From: Minisyncoccia bacterium | GTDB taxonomy: Bacteria; Patescibacteriota; Minisyncoccia; Phycocordibacterales; CAJBRS01 | Reading direction: 5' to 3' | Assembly: GCA_038215155.1 (NCBI GenBank) | Contig: JBBQRF010000001.1 | Coordinates: 142,205 to 206,204, forward strand | DNA: 64,000 bases | Made by a program: the position numbers and the translations under genes | Notes under the pieces: model-generated | The model's database searches: none | The model's input: only the letters and a program-made list of their open reading frames with translations | Told to the model about the DNA's origin: nothing | Shown: positions 56,507 through 64,000 of the stretch, piece after piece | Position numbering within the stretch: position 1 is the stretch's first letter | How the letters are laid out: every line of letters begins with the position of its first letter

Positions 56507-57715
56507 CTAGATGGCAGAGCTAATGTTGTAAATTGGAACGAGGACAGAAGCCAAAAGGAATCCGACACCAAGACCAAGAAGAACGATCATCACTGGCTCA
56601 ATCAAATCTACCAGTGTGTCTACCGCATTTATTACTTCTCGTTGGTAGAACTTAGCTAAAGTATCAAGAATGTGGCCGAGCTCTCCTGTCTCTTCACCGA
56701 TTTTCATCATCTGCACCATGATGCTTGGAATATCGGGGTAACGTGCCATTGCGTCAGAGAGGGCACTTCCCCCTTTTACTAATTCCAGCACTTCACTGAG
56801 GATTTTCTGATAGATGATATTATCCACCACGCTAGCTGTTAACTCAATAACTTTAATCATAGGAATACCGCTAATAAGCAATGTATTCATGTTGTCAGCA
56901 ATGCGCGAAAGGTATAGCTTGCGGTAGAGATTACCGATGTAAGGGATATTTAATTGAAAACGGCCAAAAGCCTCTTTACCGGTAGGCTTCTTCAAGAATG
57001 AATATACGAAAAATCCCAGAATAATAAGAGCGATAATGAAAAAGAGTCCATAATTTACAATGAAATTGCTCATGCCGATAACGATTCTGGTATAAATTGG
57101 AATTTGTTGGCCCGCGCTAGTGAGGATGTTGCCAATTTTTGGAATGACCAGGGTAAGCATCAAGACCATCACAGATATAAAGGTAAAGACAACGAAAGCC
57201 GGGTAAATTAAGGCATTTTTAGCTTTAGAAGTAACTGCATAATTTCGATCAAGATAGTCAGCTAAATAGACAAAAGTCTCATCAAGCTTGCCGGATTCCT
57301 CTCCAGCTTTGACCATGTTGACATAAAAGACTGAAAAAACTTTTGAATGTTTAGATAAGGCTTTGGAAATAGTACTTCCGCCCTGAAGGTCATCCGCTAC
57401 TTCAGTAAGGATAGATCGTAAGGCCTCACTTTCCACTTCAGTGGAAAGCAATCGAAAGATACGAAGAGCAGATACTTGAGCACTAAAGAGAGTGGACATT
57501 TGTCGCGAGAGTATGACGACGTCCTTGTTGGAAACATGTTGAAAGATGGTTAAGTTGCGGCTGAAGAGACTGCCGGCCTCTTCAGCCGACTTAATCTCCG
57601 AAATTATCAACCCACGCCGCTGCAAGCTATTGATAGCAATATCAACATTCACTGCATCTATTGAACCAGTTTTCTCACTTCCTGTTGAATCTATGGCTTT
57701 GTAATTAAAAAGCAT
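56507..57715 (-). CDS. pilC: type IV pilus assembly platform protein PilC (GspF family)
   Basis: Two GspF repeats; polytopic. Confidence 0.9.
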   Translation of the reverse strand: MLFNYKAIDSTGSEKTGSIDAVNVDIAINSLQRRGLIISEIKSAEEAGSLFSRNLTIFQHVSNKDVVILSRQMSTLFSAQVSALRIFRLLSTEVESEALRSILTEVADDLQGGSTISKALSKHSKVFSVFYVNMVKAGEESGKLDETFVYLADYLDRNYAVTSKAKNALIYPAFVVFTFISVMVLMLTLVIPKIGNILTSAGQQIPIYTRIVIGMSNFIVNYGLFFIIALIILGFFVYSFLKKPTGKEAFGRFQLNIPYIGNLYRKLYLSRIADNMNTLLISGIPMIKVIELTASVVDNIIYQKILSEVLELVKGGSALSDAMARYPDIPSIMVQMMKIGEETGELGHILDTLAKFYQREVINAVDTLVDLIEPVMIVLLGLGVGFLLASVLVPIYNISSAI

Positions 57716-57717
57716 GG

Positions 57718-58779
57718 TTATAACATTTTCTCAAGCACCTTCGGATCAAAAGCGTGCTTGTATCCATTTTCCAAAGTTATTTCTCCGGCTCGAATTAAAT
57801 CTACTATCGATCGATTCATATCAATCATCCCCTCTCCTGAGCTAGTCTGAATAACTGTATTAATTTCATGAGTGCGCTTTTCTCGGATTAAGTTGGATAC
57901 AGCATTGTTGGCAATCAGCAGTTCGTAAATTGGAATAAGGCCGCCAGAGATGCGAGGTACTAAACGTTGGGAGAAAACTCCACTTAAGGCGCCCGCTAAT
58001 TGAACCCGGATTTGGTTTTGTTGTTCAGCGGGGAAAGAGTCAATGATACGGTCAATAGTTTGGGCAGCATTATTTGTGTGAAGAGTAGAAAAGACGAGGT
58101 GACCTGTTTCGGCGGCCGTGACGGCGGCCGCCATTGTCTCTGGATCGCGCATTTCTCCAAGCAAGATCACATTCACATCTTCGCGCAAGACACTTATTAA
58201 GGCAGTTTTAAAGTCGGCAGTATCTACTCGGACTTCTCGTTGATCAATGATGGATTTTTTCTGCTCGTAGATATATTCAATAGGATCCTCAATAGTAATA
58301 ATGTGTTCAGCCCTCTCCTGATTAATCATTTCAATGAGAGCAGCGAGAGTAGTAGTTTTTCCTTGACCGACTGGCCCTACTACCAGAAAGAATCCTTGTT
58401 TCTTACGGGCAAAATTCTCCAAGATATCGGGTAATTTCAATTCAGCCAGACTTGCAATTAATTTGGGAATAAGCCGTAGAGCAATACTAACCTTTGCCTG
58501 CTGATAATATCCGTTACCTCGGAATCGTGCTTGATCATTATAATTATAAGAGAAATCAATCTCCTTATTTATTTGAAAATGGGCCTTATTACTCGGGCTT
58601 AAAAATATGTCTAAAAAGGCAGTGGTGTCCTTGGCAGTCAAAATTTCTTTCTTTAGTAAAGGAATTAATTCACTAGCCACTCGAATGGTAGGATGACGCC
58701 CTTCAGAAAGGTGAAGATCAGATCCTCCTTGAGTAATGACTGTCTTAATTAAATCGTCTAGTTCTTTTTTGTAATCCAT
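57718..58779 (-). CDS. pilT: twitching motility retraction ATPase PilT
   Basis: Walker A GPVGQGKTTTL; Asp box, His box; 353 aa. Confidence 0.9.
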   Translation of the reverse strand: MDYKKELDDLIKTVITQGGSDLHLSEGRHPTIRVASELIPLLKKEILTAKDTTAFLDIFLSPSNKAHFQINKEIDFSYNYNDQARFRGNGYYQQAKVSIALRLIPKLIASLAELKLPDILENFARKKQGFFLVVGPVGQGKTTTLAALIEMINQERAEHIITIEDPIEYIYEQKKSIIDQREVRVDTADFKTALISVLREDVNVILLGEMRDPETMAAAVTAAETGHLVFSTLHTNNAAQTIDRIIDSFPAEQQNQIRVQLAGALSGVFSQRLVPRISGGLIPIYELLIANNAVSNLIREKRTHEINTVIQTSSGEGMIDMNRSIVDLIRAGEITLENGYKHAFDPKVLEKML

Positions 58780-58785
58780 TACGAA

Positions 58786-59169
58786 TTATCTATGGGCTTT
58801 TAATATTCTGGTTACTTCTTTCAAAACTTCCGAAGGAATAGTAGTAGCTTTAACAATATAGCCATCAATGCCAAGTTGTTTAGCTTTTTCAATATCAGCC
58901 GATTCTGTTTGGTTGGTCAATATAATGACAATAGATTTAGGAATTAATTTCTTCTCACGTAATGTCTCTAAAAATTTCAAGCCGTCCATGGTAGGCATAA
59001 TAATATCCAACAGAACTGCATCCGGAACCAGACCATCTTCTACTTTTTTCAAAGCCGCGGCGCCATCATTGGAAGTAAAAACTTCAAAGTTATCCTTTTG
59101 AAATTTCATAGCGTACATGTTGAGGAGGAAATTATCGTCGTCAATGATGAGAATCTTCGATTTATTCAT
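58786..59169 (-). CDS. CheY-like single-domain response regulator (PilH-like)
   Basis: KILIIDDD...LLDIIMP receiver motifs; lies between pilT and pilB. Confidence 0.8.
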   Translation of the reverse strand: MNKSKILIIDDDNFLLNMYAMKFQKDNFEVFTSNDGAAALKKVEDGLVPDAVLLDIIMPTMDGLKFLETLREKKLIPKSIVIILTNQTESADIEKAKQLGIDGYIVKATTIPSEVLKEVTRILKAHR

Positions 59170-59187
59170 AAATTAATTCTATCACAA

Positions 59188-60912
59188 TTACAACGTATTC
59201 ACTTCTTCAAATGGAATAATTTTATTGAAGGCTTTAATCATGGCGTCTTCTCGCATACTGAGCATACCTTTTGAGCGAAGGATTTTAGAAAGATTAAGCT
59301 CCGTAGGATCTTTAAGTATGGCGCTTTCTAACTCCTTGTCCATTTTAAAAGCTTCGAAGACGGCAATTCGGCCACGCGTTCCTTTTGGAGAATCTTCAGT
59401 AGGCACGGCTTCCAGAACGGTTTTGCTAATAGGCACCTCCTTCCTATATTCTTCCGGTAAATCTTCAAATTGCTTGTCGATCATGATTTTTGTACTGCCC
59501 TCTACTGGAATTTCCTTACCTCCTCCCGGAGAAATTTTGGCTACTAATCGCTGAGCCATAGTTAAAATCAAAGTCGGAGCAATTAGATAAGGATCAATTC
59601 CCATGTCTATTAAACGTGGAACTGCACCGACGGCGGTATTGGTGTGAAGGGTAGAAAGCACTAAGTGACCGGTGAGGGCGGCCTGAATAGCCAAGGCCGC
59701 CGTTTCCTTATCTCTAATCTCTCCTACCATAATAATGTCGGGGTCTTGTCGAAGTGTAGTACGTAACCCCGTAGCAAAGGTGTAGCCAATTTCGGGTCGC
59801 ACCTGTGACTGGCTAACTCCTTCAATGTTATATTCCACCGGATCTTCCAGTGAAAGAACGTTTGATCCTTCTTTATCTAACTCATTAAGCATCGAGTAGA
59901 GAGTGGTACTTTTTCCAGAACCAGTAGGACCCGTGATAAGAATTAAGCCGTAGGGACGAGTGATGGCCTCACGAATAAGAGCTAAATTTTTTGCGGAAAG
60001 TCCCATGTCAGCACTATCGAGCTTCTTTACTCCTTTCTCCTGATCAAGAATTCTCATTACAATTTTCTCACCATAATAAGCCGGGAAAGTAGATACACGG
60101 AAATCAATCTTTCGCCCTTCTATACGGGCGCTAAAGCGCCCGTCTTGCGGTTTGCGTTTTTCATCCAATTTCATGTCGGAAAGAATTTTAATACGTGCAA
60201 CCACCGCTGAATGAACGTTCATTGGTAAGAGTAATGAAGTATTTAAAACACCATCCACTCGAAAGCGCACCCGGACCTTTTCGCGCATCGCTTCAATGTG
60301 CACGTCGGAGGCCGCCCCATCAAGGGCGTAACGCAAAATAGTAGCGACAATTTTTGTTACGGGAGCATCTTCTATAATGTTGGCTTGCTTTGAGCCTTTT
60401 CCTTTGTCCTTCTCCTGCTTCTCAATTTCAATTTCTTCATCCGAGAGTTCCCCTTCGAGCTCGGTTAGAGCTCTGGTCACTTCCCCAGAAAGGCCTTTGT
60501 AGGAATTGAGCACCCGTTCAAAATCTTCTTCGCTTACAACGAAGATTTTGAACGGCAAATTATTCTTGGAGGAAATAAAGTTCAGGGCGTCGCGGGCTTC
60601 AATATTATCCGGCTCTACTACTCCTACCTCCAGTACTCCATCCTTAACTGCTAGCGGAATAATTTTATAGTGAAGAGCGGATTCCTCGGGAATGTATTTT
60701 AAAATTTCAAATGGAATTTCGCGACCATTTAAATTCTGAACAGGAATCTGCATGTATTCGCTTTTGGCTTTCAAAATTTCTTCCGGACTTACTCCCCTTT
60801 CACGCAAGACCTCATCAATACTTTTGTCTTGCTGCTGAGCTTCATCACGAATAGCGAAAACATCATCAGGAGAAATGATATTTTTATCGGCTAGTGTGTC
60901 TAAGAAACTCAT
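59188..60912 (-). CDS. pilB: type IV pilus assembly ATPase PilB (GspE family)
   Basis: N-terminal GspII_E domain; Walker A GPTGSGKSTTL; tetracysteine-less variant. Confidence 0.9.
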   Translation of the reverse strand: MSFLDTLADKNIISPDDVFAIRDEAQQQDKSIDEVLRERGVSPEEILKAKSEYMQIPVQNLNGREIPFEILKYIPEESALHYKIIPLAVKDGVLEVGVVEPDNIEARDALNFISSKNNLPFKIFVVSEEDFERVLNSYKGLSGEVTRALTELEGELSDEEIEIEKQEKDKGKGSKQANIIEDAPVTKIVATILRYALDGAASDVHIEAMREKVRVRFRVDGVLNTSLLLPMNVHSAVVARIKILSDMKLDEKRKPQDGRFSARIEGRKIDFRVSTFPAYYGEKIVMRILDQEKGVKKLDSADMGLSAKNLALIREAITRPYGLILITGPTGSGKSTTLYSMLNELDKEGSNVLSLEDPVEYNIEGVSQSQVRPEIGYTFATGLRTTLRQDPDIIMVGEIRDKETAALAIQAALTGHLVLSTLHTNTAVGAVPRLIDMGIDPYLIAPTLILTMAQRLVAKISPGGGKEIPVEGSTKIMIDKQFEDLPEEYRKEVPISKTVLEAVPTEDSPKGTRGRIAVFEAFKMDKELESAILKDPTELNLSKILRSKGMLSMREDAMIKAFNKIIPFEEVNTL

Positions 60913-60929
60913 TTAAATGGCCACTTTAG

Positions 60930-61349
60930 CTAGCGCGTTCGGTTAGTCTTGAGAGTACTAGTCGCTGTGGGCGTAGTGGAAAAATTAAGATTATTGGAAT
61001 TATTAGTAGCGTCAGAAGTTATAGTCGGTTGATTGATGCCGTCGTTACCTATTGGAGCAAATGGGTTGGGTCTGCCCTGAGGTTGGGTAGGAACAGGCTG
61101 GCTAAAATCCTGTAGAGCATTAAAGCTCGGATTGGAAAAAATTTCACTATTTAGTTGAATACTCTGAAGAGTCAGGAGTTGATTAAGGAATGATTGACCT
61201 ACGGTATTATCCGCTACCGCGATGGTATTAGAAGTTAGGACGGCGCCGGTATTACTGCTGCTGCCATGAAAATAGCTATACAAAATGAAGGCCAAAACAA
61301 GAGCGGCTATGATACTAAGAGGTGTTTTATATTTTCGAATAATATCCAT
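60930..61349 (-). CDS. membrane-anchored hypothetical protein in the pil operon (PilP-like position)
   Basis: N-terminal TM; low-complexity Asn/Thr-rich C-terminus. Confidence 0.3.
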   Translation of the reverse strand: MDIIRKYKTPLSIIAALVLAFILYSYFHGSSSNTGAVLTSNTIAVADNTVGQSFLNQLLTLQSIQLNSEIFSNPSFNALQDFSQPVPTQPQGRPNPFAPIGNDGINQPTITSDATNNSNNLNFSTTPTATSTLKTNRTR

Positions 61350-61353
61350 AATT

Positions 61354-61896
61354 TTATTTTAACCAATATGTCTCTAGAGTGAGGTTATAAATGAAGGAGC
61401 CACTATTATCGTTGGCGTTAGCATTGAAAGAAAGACTGGTAATATTCACTAATCTCAGACTATTCTCCAGGTCCTTTAAAAAAGGTTGTAAGTTTTCATA
61501 GGGACTTACTACTGAAAACGAAAGTTGAATCGAACCGAGGGGGCTTTGTCCCGTTCCAGGAGCGCTGGCTGCAGTTTGAATTTGCGATATCTTTATATTC
61601 TTAATACTCATGCCGTATTTAGCGGCAATACCATTAATATCTAAGATAAGCCGAATATTATCCACGGAATCAGGTAACATCTTCTGTAATCGGTCGACGG
61701 ACGTTTTATCAAAAGAATTATAGCGGGCAACTAAATCATTCCTAATCTGACGCAAGTGAGCTGAATTATCCAGAGCCTTATTGTATTCAGCGGCTTGAAG
61801 TTTCAGAGTCTTAGTATCTTTGTAAAGCGGATTAGCGCCAAAGTAAAAAACGGCGATGGCGGCGAGAATTAAAATGGTGGAAATAATAGAGCGCAT
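61354..61896 (-). CDS. PilO-like pilus assembly protein
   Basis: N-terminal TM plus coiled coil; operon position. Confidence 0.5.
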   Translation of the reverse strand: MRSIISTILILAAIAVFYFGANPLYKDTKTLKLQAAEYNKALDNSAHLRQIRNDLVARYNSFDKTSVDRLQKMLPDSVDNIRLILDINGIAAKYGMSIKNIKISQIQTAASAPGTGQSPLGSIQLSFSVVSPYENLQPFLKDLENSLRLVNITSLSFNANANDNSGSFIYNLTLETYWLK

Positions 61897-61898
61897 GT

Positions 61899-62543
61899 TT
61901 ATTGTTTATTGAAAGGACTATTGGTGGGCGGCGTGACGGGAGGGGCCTCATTATTCACTGCCACGCCATTGGTAAATAGAAAATCTTTTTTATCTAAAGT
62001 AGTAACTACTGAAAACGAAACCTTACCTGTGGAATCTAAGTCTAAATTTGAAAAAATGGGATTCTTAAAAATAGGGTTAGCGTCGAGGGCGTCGGACTGC
62101 GCGGCAACGTCGGCATAACTCAATGCCTGTCCCTTTAGTGAAAGAGTAAGAGTGTTGTTGACCCCATAGGCTAGACCGAAATCAGTAAAGCGAACAGTTT
62201 TCAAAGTGCTTGTCTGAAGCTGATCAAATATTTTTGAGGAGGCCAAGTGACTTCCTAAAAGTCCCCCCGCAGAATTTAGCCGATCATTTAATCGACTTAA
62301 AACAGTAACGGTCTTTGGATCAAACTCCTTCTCTCCTGCCTTTAAACTGGAAGTAGCGTTACTAATTCGACTCTGAAGATAGCTCTTGTAAAGAAAAACC
62401 CCTCCCCAAAGTATCAGGCTTATAATAAAGATCAGAATGGAAATTAATCTTAAAAGACTGGGCGACTGACGAGAACTCCTATCGCTTGTTGTATCAAGAG
62501 GTTTCTTCGGTATAAAAGATGTTTGAAATTTACTTTCGACCAT
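61899..62543 (-). CDS. PilN-like pilus assembly protein
   Basis: Basic N-terminus, single TM, periplasmic domain; follows pilM. Confidence 0.55.
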   Translation of the reverse strand: MVESKFQTSFIPKKPLDTTSDRSSRQSPSLLRLISILIFIISLILWGGVFLYKSYLQSRISNATSSLKAGEKEFDPKTVTVLSRLNDRLNSAGGLLGSHLASSKIFDQLQTSTLKTVRFTDFGLAYGVNNTLTLSLKGQALSYADVAAQSDALDANPIFKNPIFSNLDLDSTGKVSFSVVTTLDKKDFLFTNGVAVNNEAPPVTPPTNSPFNKQ

Positions 62544-62599
62544 AAAATAGTGGGGCGTTCATGATAATTATAGCACTAAAAACTTAAATGGATACAAGG

Positions 62600-63712
62600 T
62601 TATTCTATCTCTTGAAGTTTTCTGAGGGCAATTCCTACAGCTACAGCAAATTCCAAACCCGTTGCTTTTAAAACTTCCTCTAAAAAGGCAGGGGCCTCTA
62701 CCTTTGCAAAAGGTTCCCCTATCACTACTTCCGTCTGGAAATTAGTCTTAGCTAATTGAGGAAGTCCTTGCAGTGCCACGCCACCTCCAGTCAAGATAAC
62801 CTTGCTAACCGTTTTTTGAAATTTCTTTTGGAAACCCAAAAGAACACTATTTGCTTCCGAGAAAATATAATCTAGAGCCAGAGAAATCATTTCCGTAATA
62901 TTTTTTTGATCTTCTGGTTGAAGAGAATTGTCACTGAGATTTCTTTTAATGTGTTCAGCTCTAGCTACTGGCAAATTCATTCCTTTAGCAATACTTTGGG
63001 TAATATCTTGTGAACCCTTATTAATTATATGCGAGGTTTTAATCACCCCATGATCTACTAAATAAATTTTAGTAGAAGAAGCTCCCATGTCAAAAATCAT
63101 TACCGGCGAAGGTTCTTGATCCAAAATAGCTCGGGCAGTGCTGAACATTTCAATCTCAAAAAAACTGGCAGCAAGATTTGCTCCTTTAATAATACTGTTG
63201 TAGGAATTCAGTACTTCATTATGAATAGAAACAACCAATACGTCAGTCTTGTCGCGGGCGGCCGGGGGTTTTTCTTCATCGTCTAAAAGAGCGGAGTTTT
63301 CTTGTGGAATAACCCACCAGTCTAAAGTAACTTCTGATATCGGCACCGGAATATATTTTCTCGCTTCCAGTGGAATCATCTCGTCCAGTTTTTTCTCCGA
63401 AACTTTTGGTAATTCAATTAAAGTAACGAGGCTTGAACGAAAAGGAATAGAGATGCCAGCATTAAGAGTGGAGGTATTGGCTTCCTTCAAAACGTCGGTA
63501 ATGGCCTCGCTAATTTTCTCTGGAGATAAATTGGTCACCTGCCCTACCGCTAAGCCGGTGTAGGGTCCGAGAGCTAATTCCCCATATGTCTCAAGAACGG
63601 CCCGACCCTTCTTTTTTCGCAGCTGTACTACCTTAATAGCAGAGGTGCCGATATCAATACCAAGGACGCTTTCTTCGGTTTTTTTTAGTAGATTCTTAAA
63701 AGGGTTTTCCAC
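62600..63712 (-). CDS. pilM: type IV pilus assembly protein PilM (actin-like ATPase fold)
   Basis: LGIDIGTSAIKVVQL ... actin/Hsp70-like fold motifs. Confidence 0.85.
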   Translation of the reverse strand: MENPFKNLLKKTEESVLGIDIGTSAIKVVQLRKKKGRAVLETYGELALGPYTGLAVGQVTNLSPEKISEAITDVLKEANTSTLNAGISIPFRSSLVTLIELPKVSEKKLDEMIPLEARKYIPVPISEVTLDWWVIPQENSALLDDEEKPPAARDKTDVLVVSIHNEVLNSYNSIIKGANLAASFFEIEMFSTARAILDQEPSPVMIFDMGASSTKIYLVDHGVIKTSHIINKGSQDITQSIAKGMNLPVARAEHIKRNLSDNSLQPEDQKNITEMISLALDYIFSEANSVLLGFQKKFQKTVSKVILTGGGVALQGLPQLAKTNFQTEVVIGEPFAKVEAPAFLEEVLKATGLEFAVAVGIALRKLQEIE

Positions 63713-63818
63713 CTTGAAATTATAACACTTTATCTATTTTTCAGCATAATTTCATGGCTCTATTGATAGGGTTTTTAGATGCTATGGTTTGAGCAGGGCG
63801 GTAATTGGGGGAAAAGAA

Positions 63819-64000
63819 TGCTTGATTTAGTTTTGCCTCGCTCATCTTTGCTGAAAAATCTGGAGGAGATGAGCGCGGCAGATTTGTCGAGCCGGATAGT
63901 GCCTAAATATTTAAAGGGCGATAGCTCCATTGCTTTCTTCTTTTCCTATCGAGACACTTTAATCAGAGCGGCTATCTGGCAAATTAAATACAGAAATGAT
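63819..64000 (+). CDS. ComF-family/phosphoribosyltransferase-like protein, N-terminal fragment (runs off the window end)
   Basis: AFFFSYRDTLIRAAIWQIKYRND resembles the ComF N-terminal region; partial. Confidence 0.3.

Overview
This is a 64 kb low-GC bacterial window whose gene content looks like an ultra-small CPR/Patescibacteria-type genome (inference from gene content and composition, no database search). Almost all genes are on the minus strand.

Housekeeping genes present: tgt, an FKBP isomerase, a DsbA/DsbB pair, obg, a MYG1-family protein, secA, pyrG, ftsEX, prfB, gatCA, ligA, two ABC transporters, and a CsoR-CopA copper-export module with a palindromic operator.

A complete type IV pilus locus lies at 52.0-63.7 kb: six prepilin-like genes, pilD, pilC, pilT, a CheY-like receiver, pilB, and pilMNO.

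Seven tRNA or tRNA-like genes are visible:
- tRNA-Gln, flanked by partial copies of itself.
- tRNA-Thr(CGU).
- tRNA-Thr(GGU), which I read as interrupted by a 190-nt group I-like intron in the anticodon loop.
- tRNA-Asp.
- tRNA-Met/Ile(CAU).
- a noncanonical CAU tRNA-like element with an upstream partial duplicate, all inside a pair of 24-nt inverted repeats.

The most unusual region is a ~15 kb minus-strand block of secreted and surface genes at 5.7-20.6 kb. It contains:
- two giant paralogous fibre proteins (1139 and 1267 aa) with Hep_Hag-like Gly/Ser/Asn repeats, a CBM-like domain, and a phage-tail-fibre-type C-terminal intramolecular chaperone (peptidase S74-like) domain.
- a sulfotransferase and an IS200/RAYT-type Y1 transposase between the two fibre genes; the transposase gene is peppered with five copies of a 21-nt perfect palindrome, three of them in frame inside the ORF.
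- a tight four-gene operon of paralogous pilin-like secreted subunits and membrane-anchored partners.

Other oddities: an orphan N-terminal-only ATP synthase epsilon gene, an archaeal-type PurO-like IMP cyclohydrolase, an HMA-CcdA fusion, a ~1 kb noncoding region rich in perfect palindromes upstream of secA, and an HTH plus LAGLIDADG-like ORF abutting the intron-containing tRNA.

No CRISPR array was seen.
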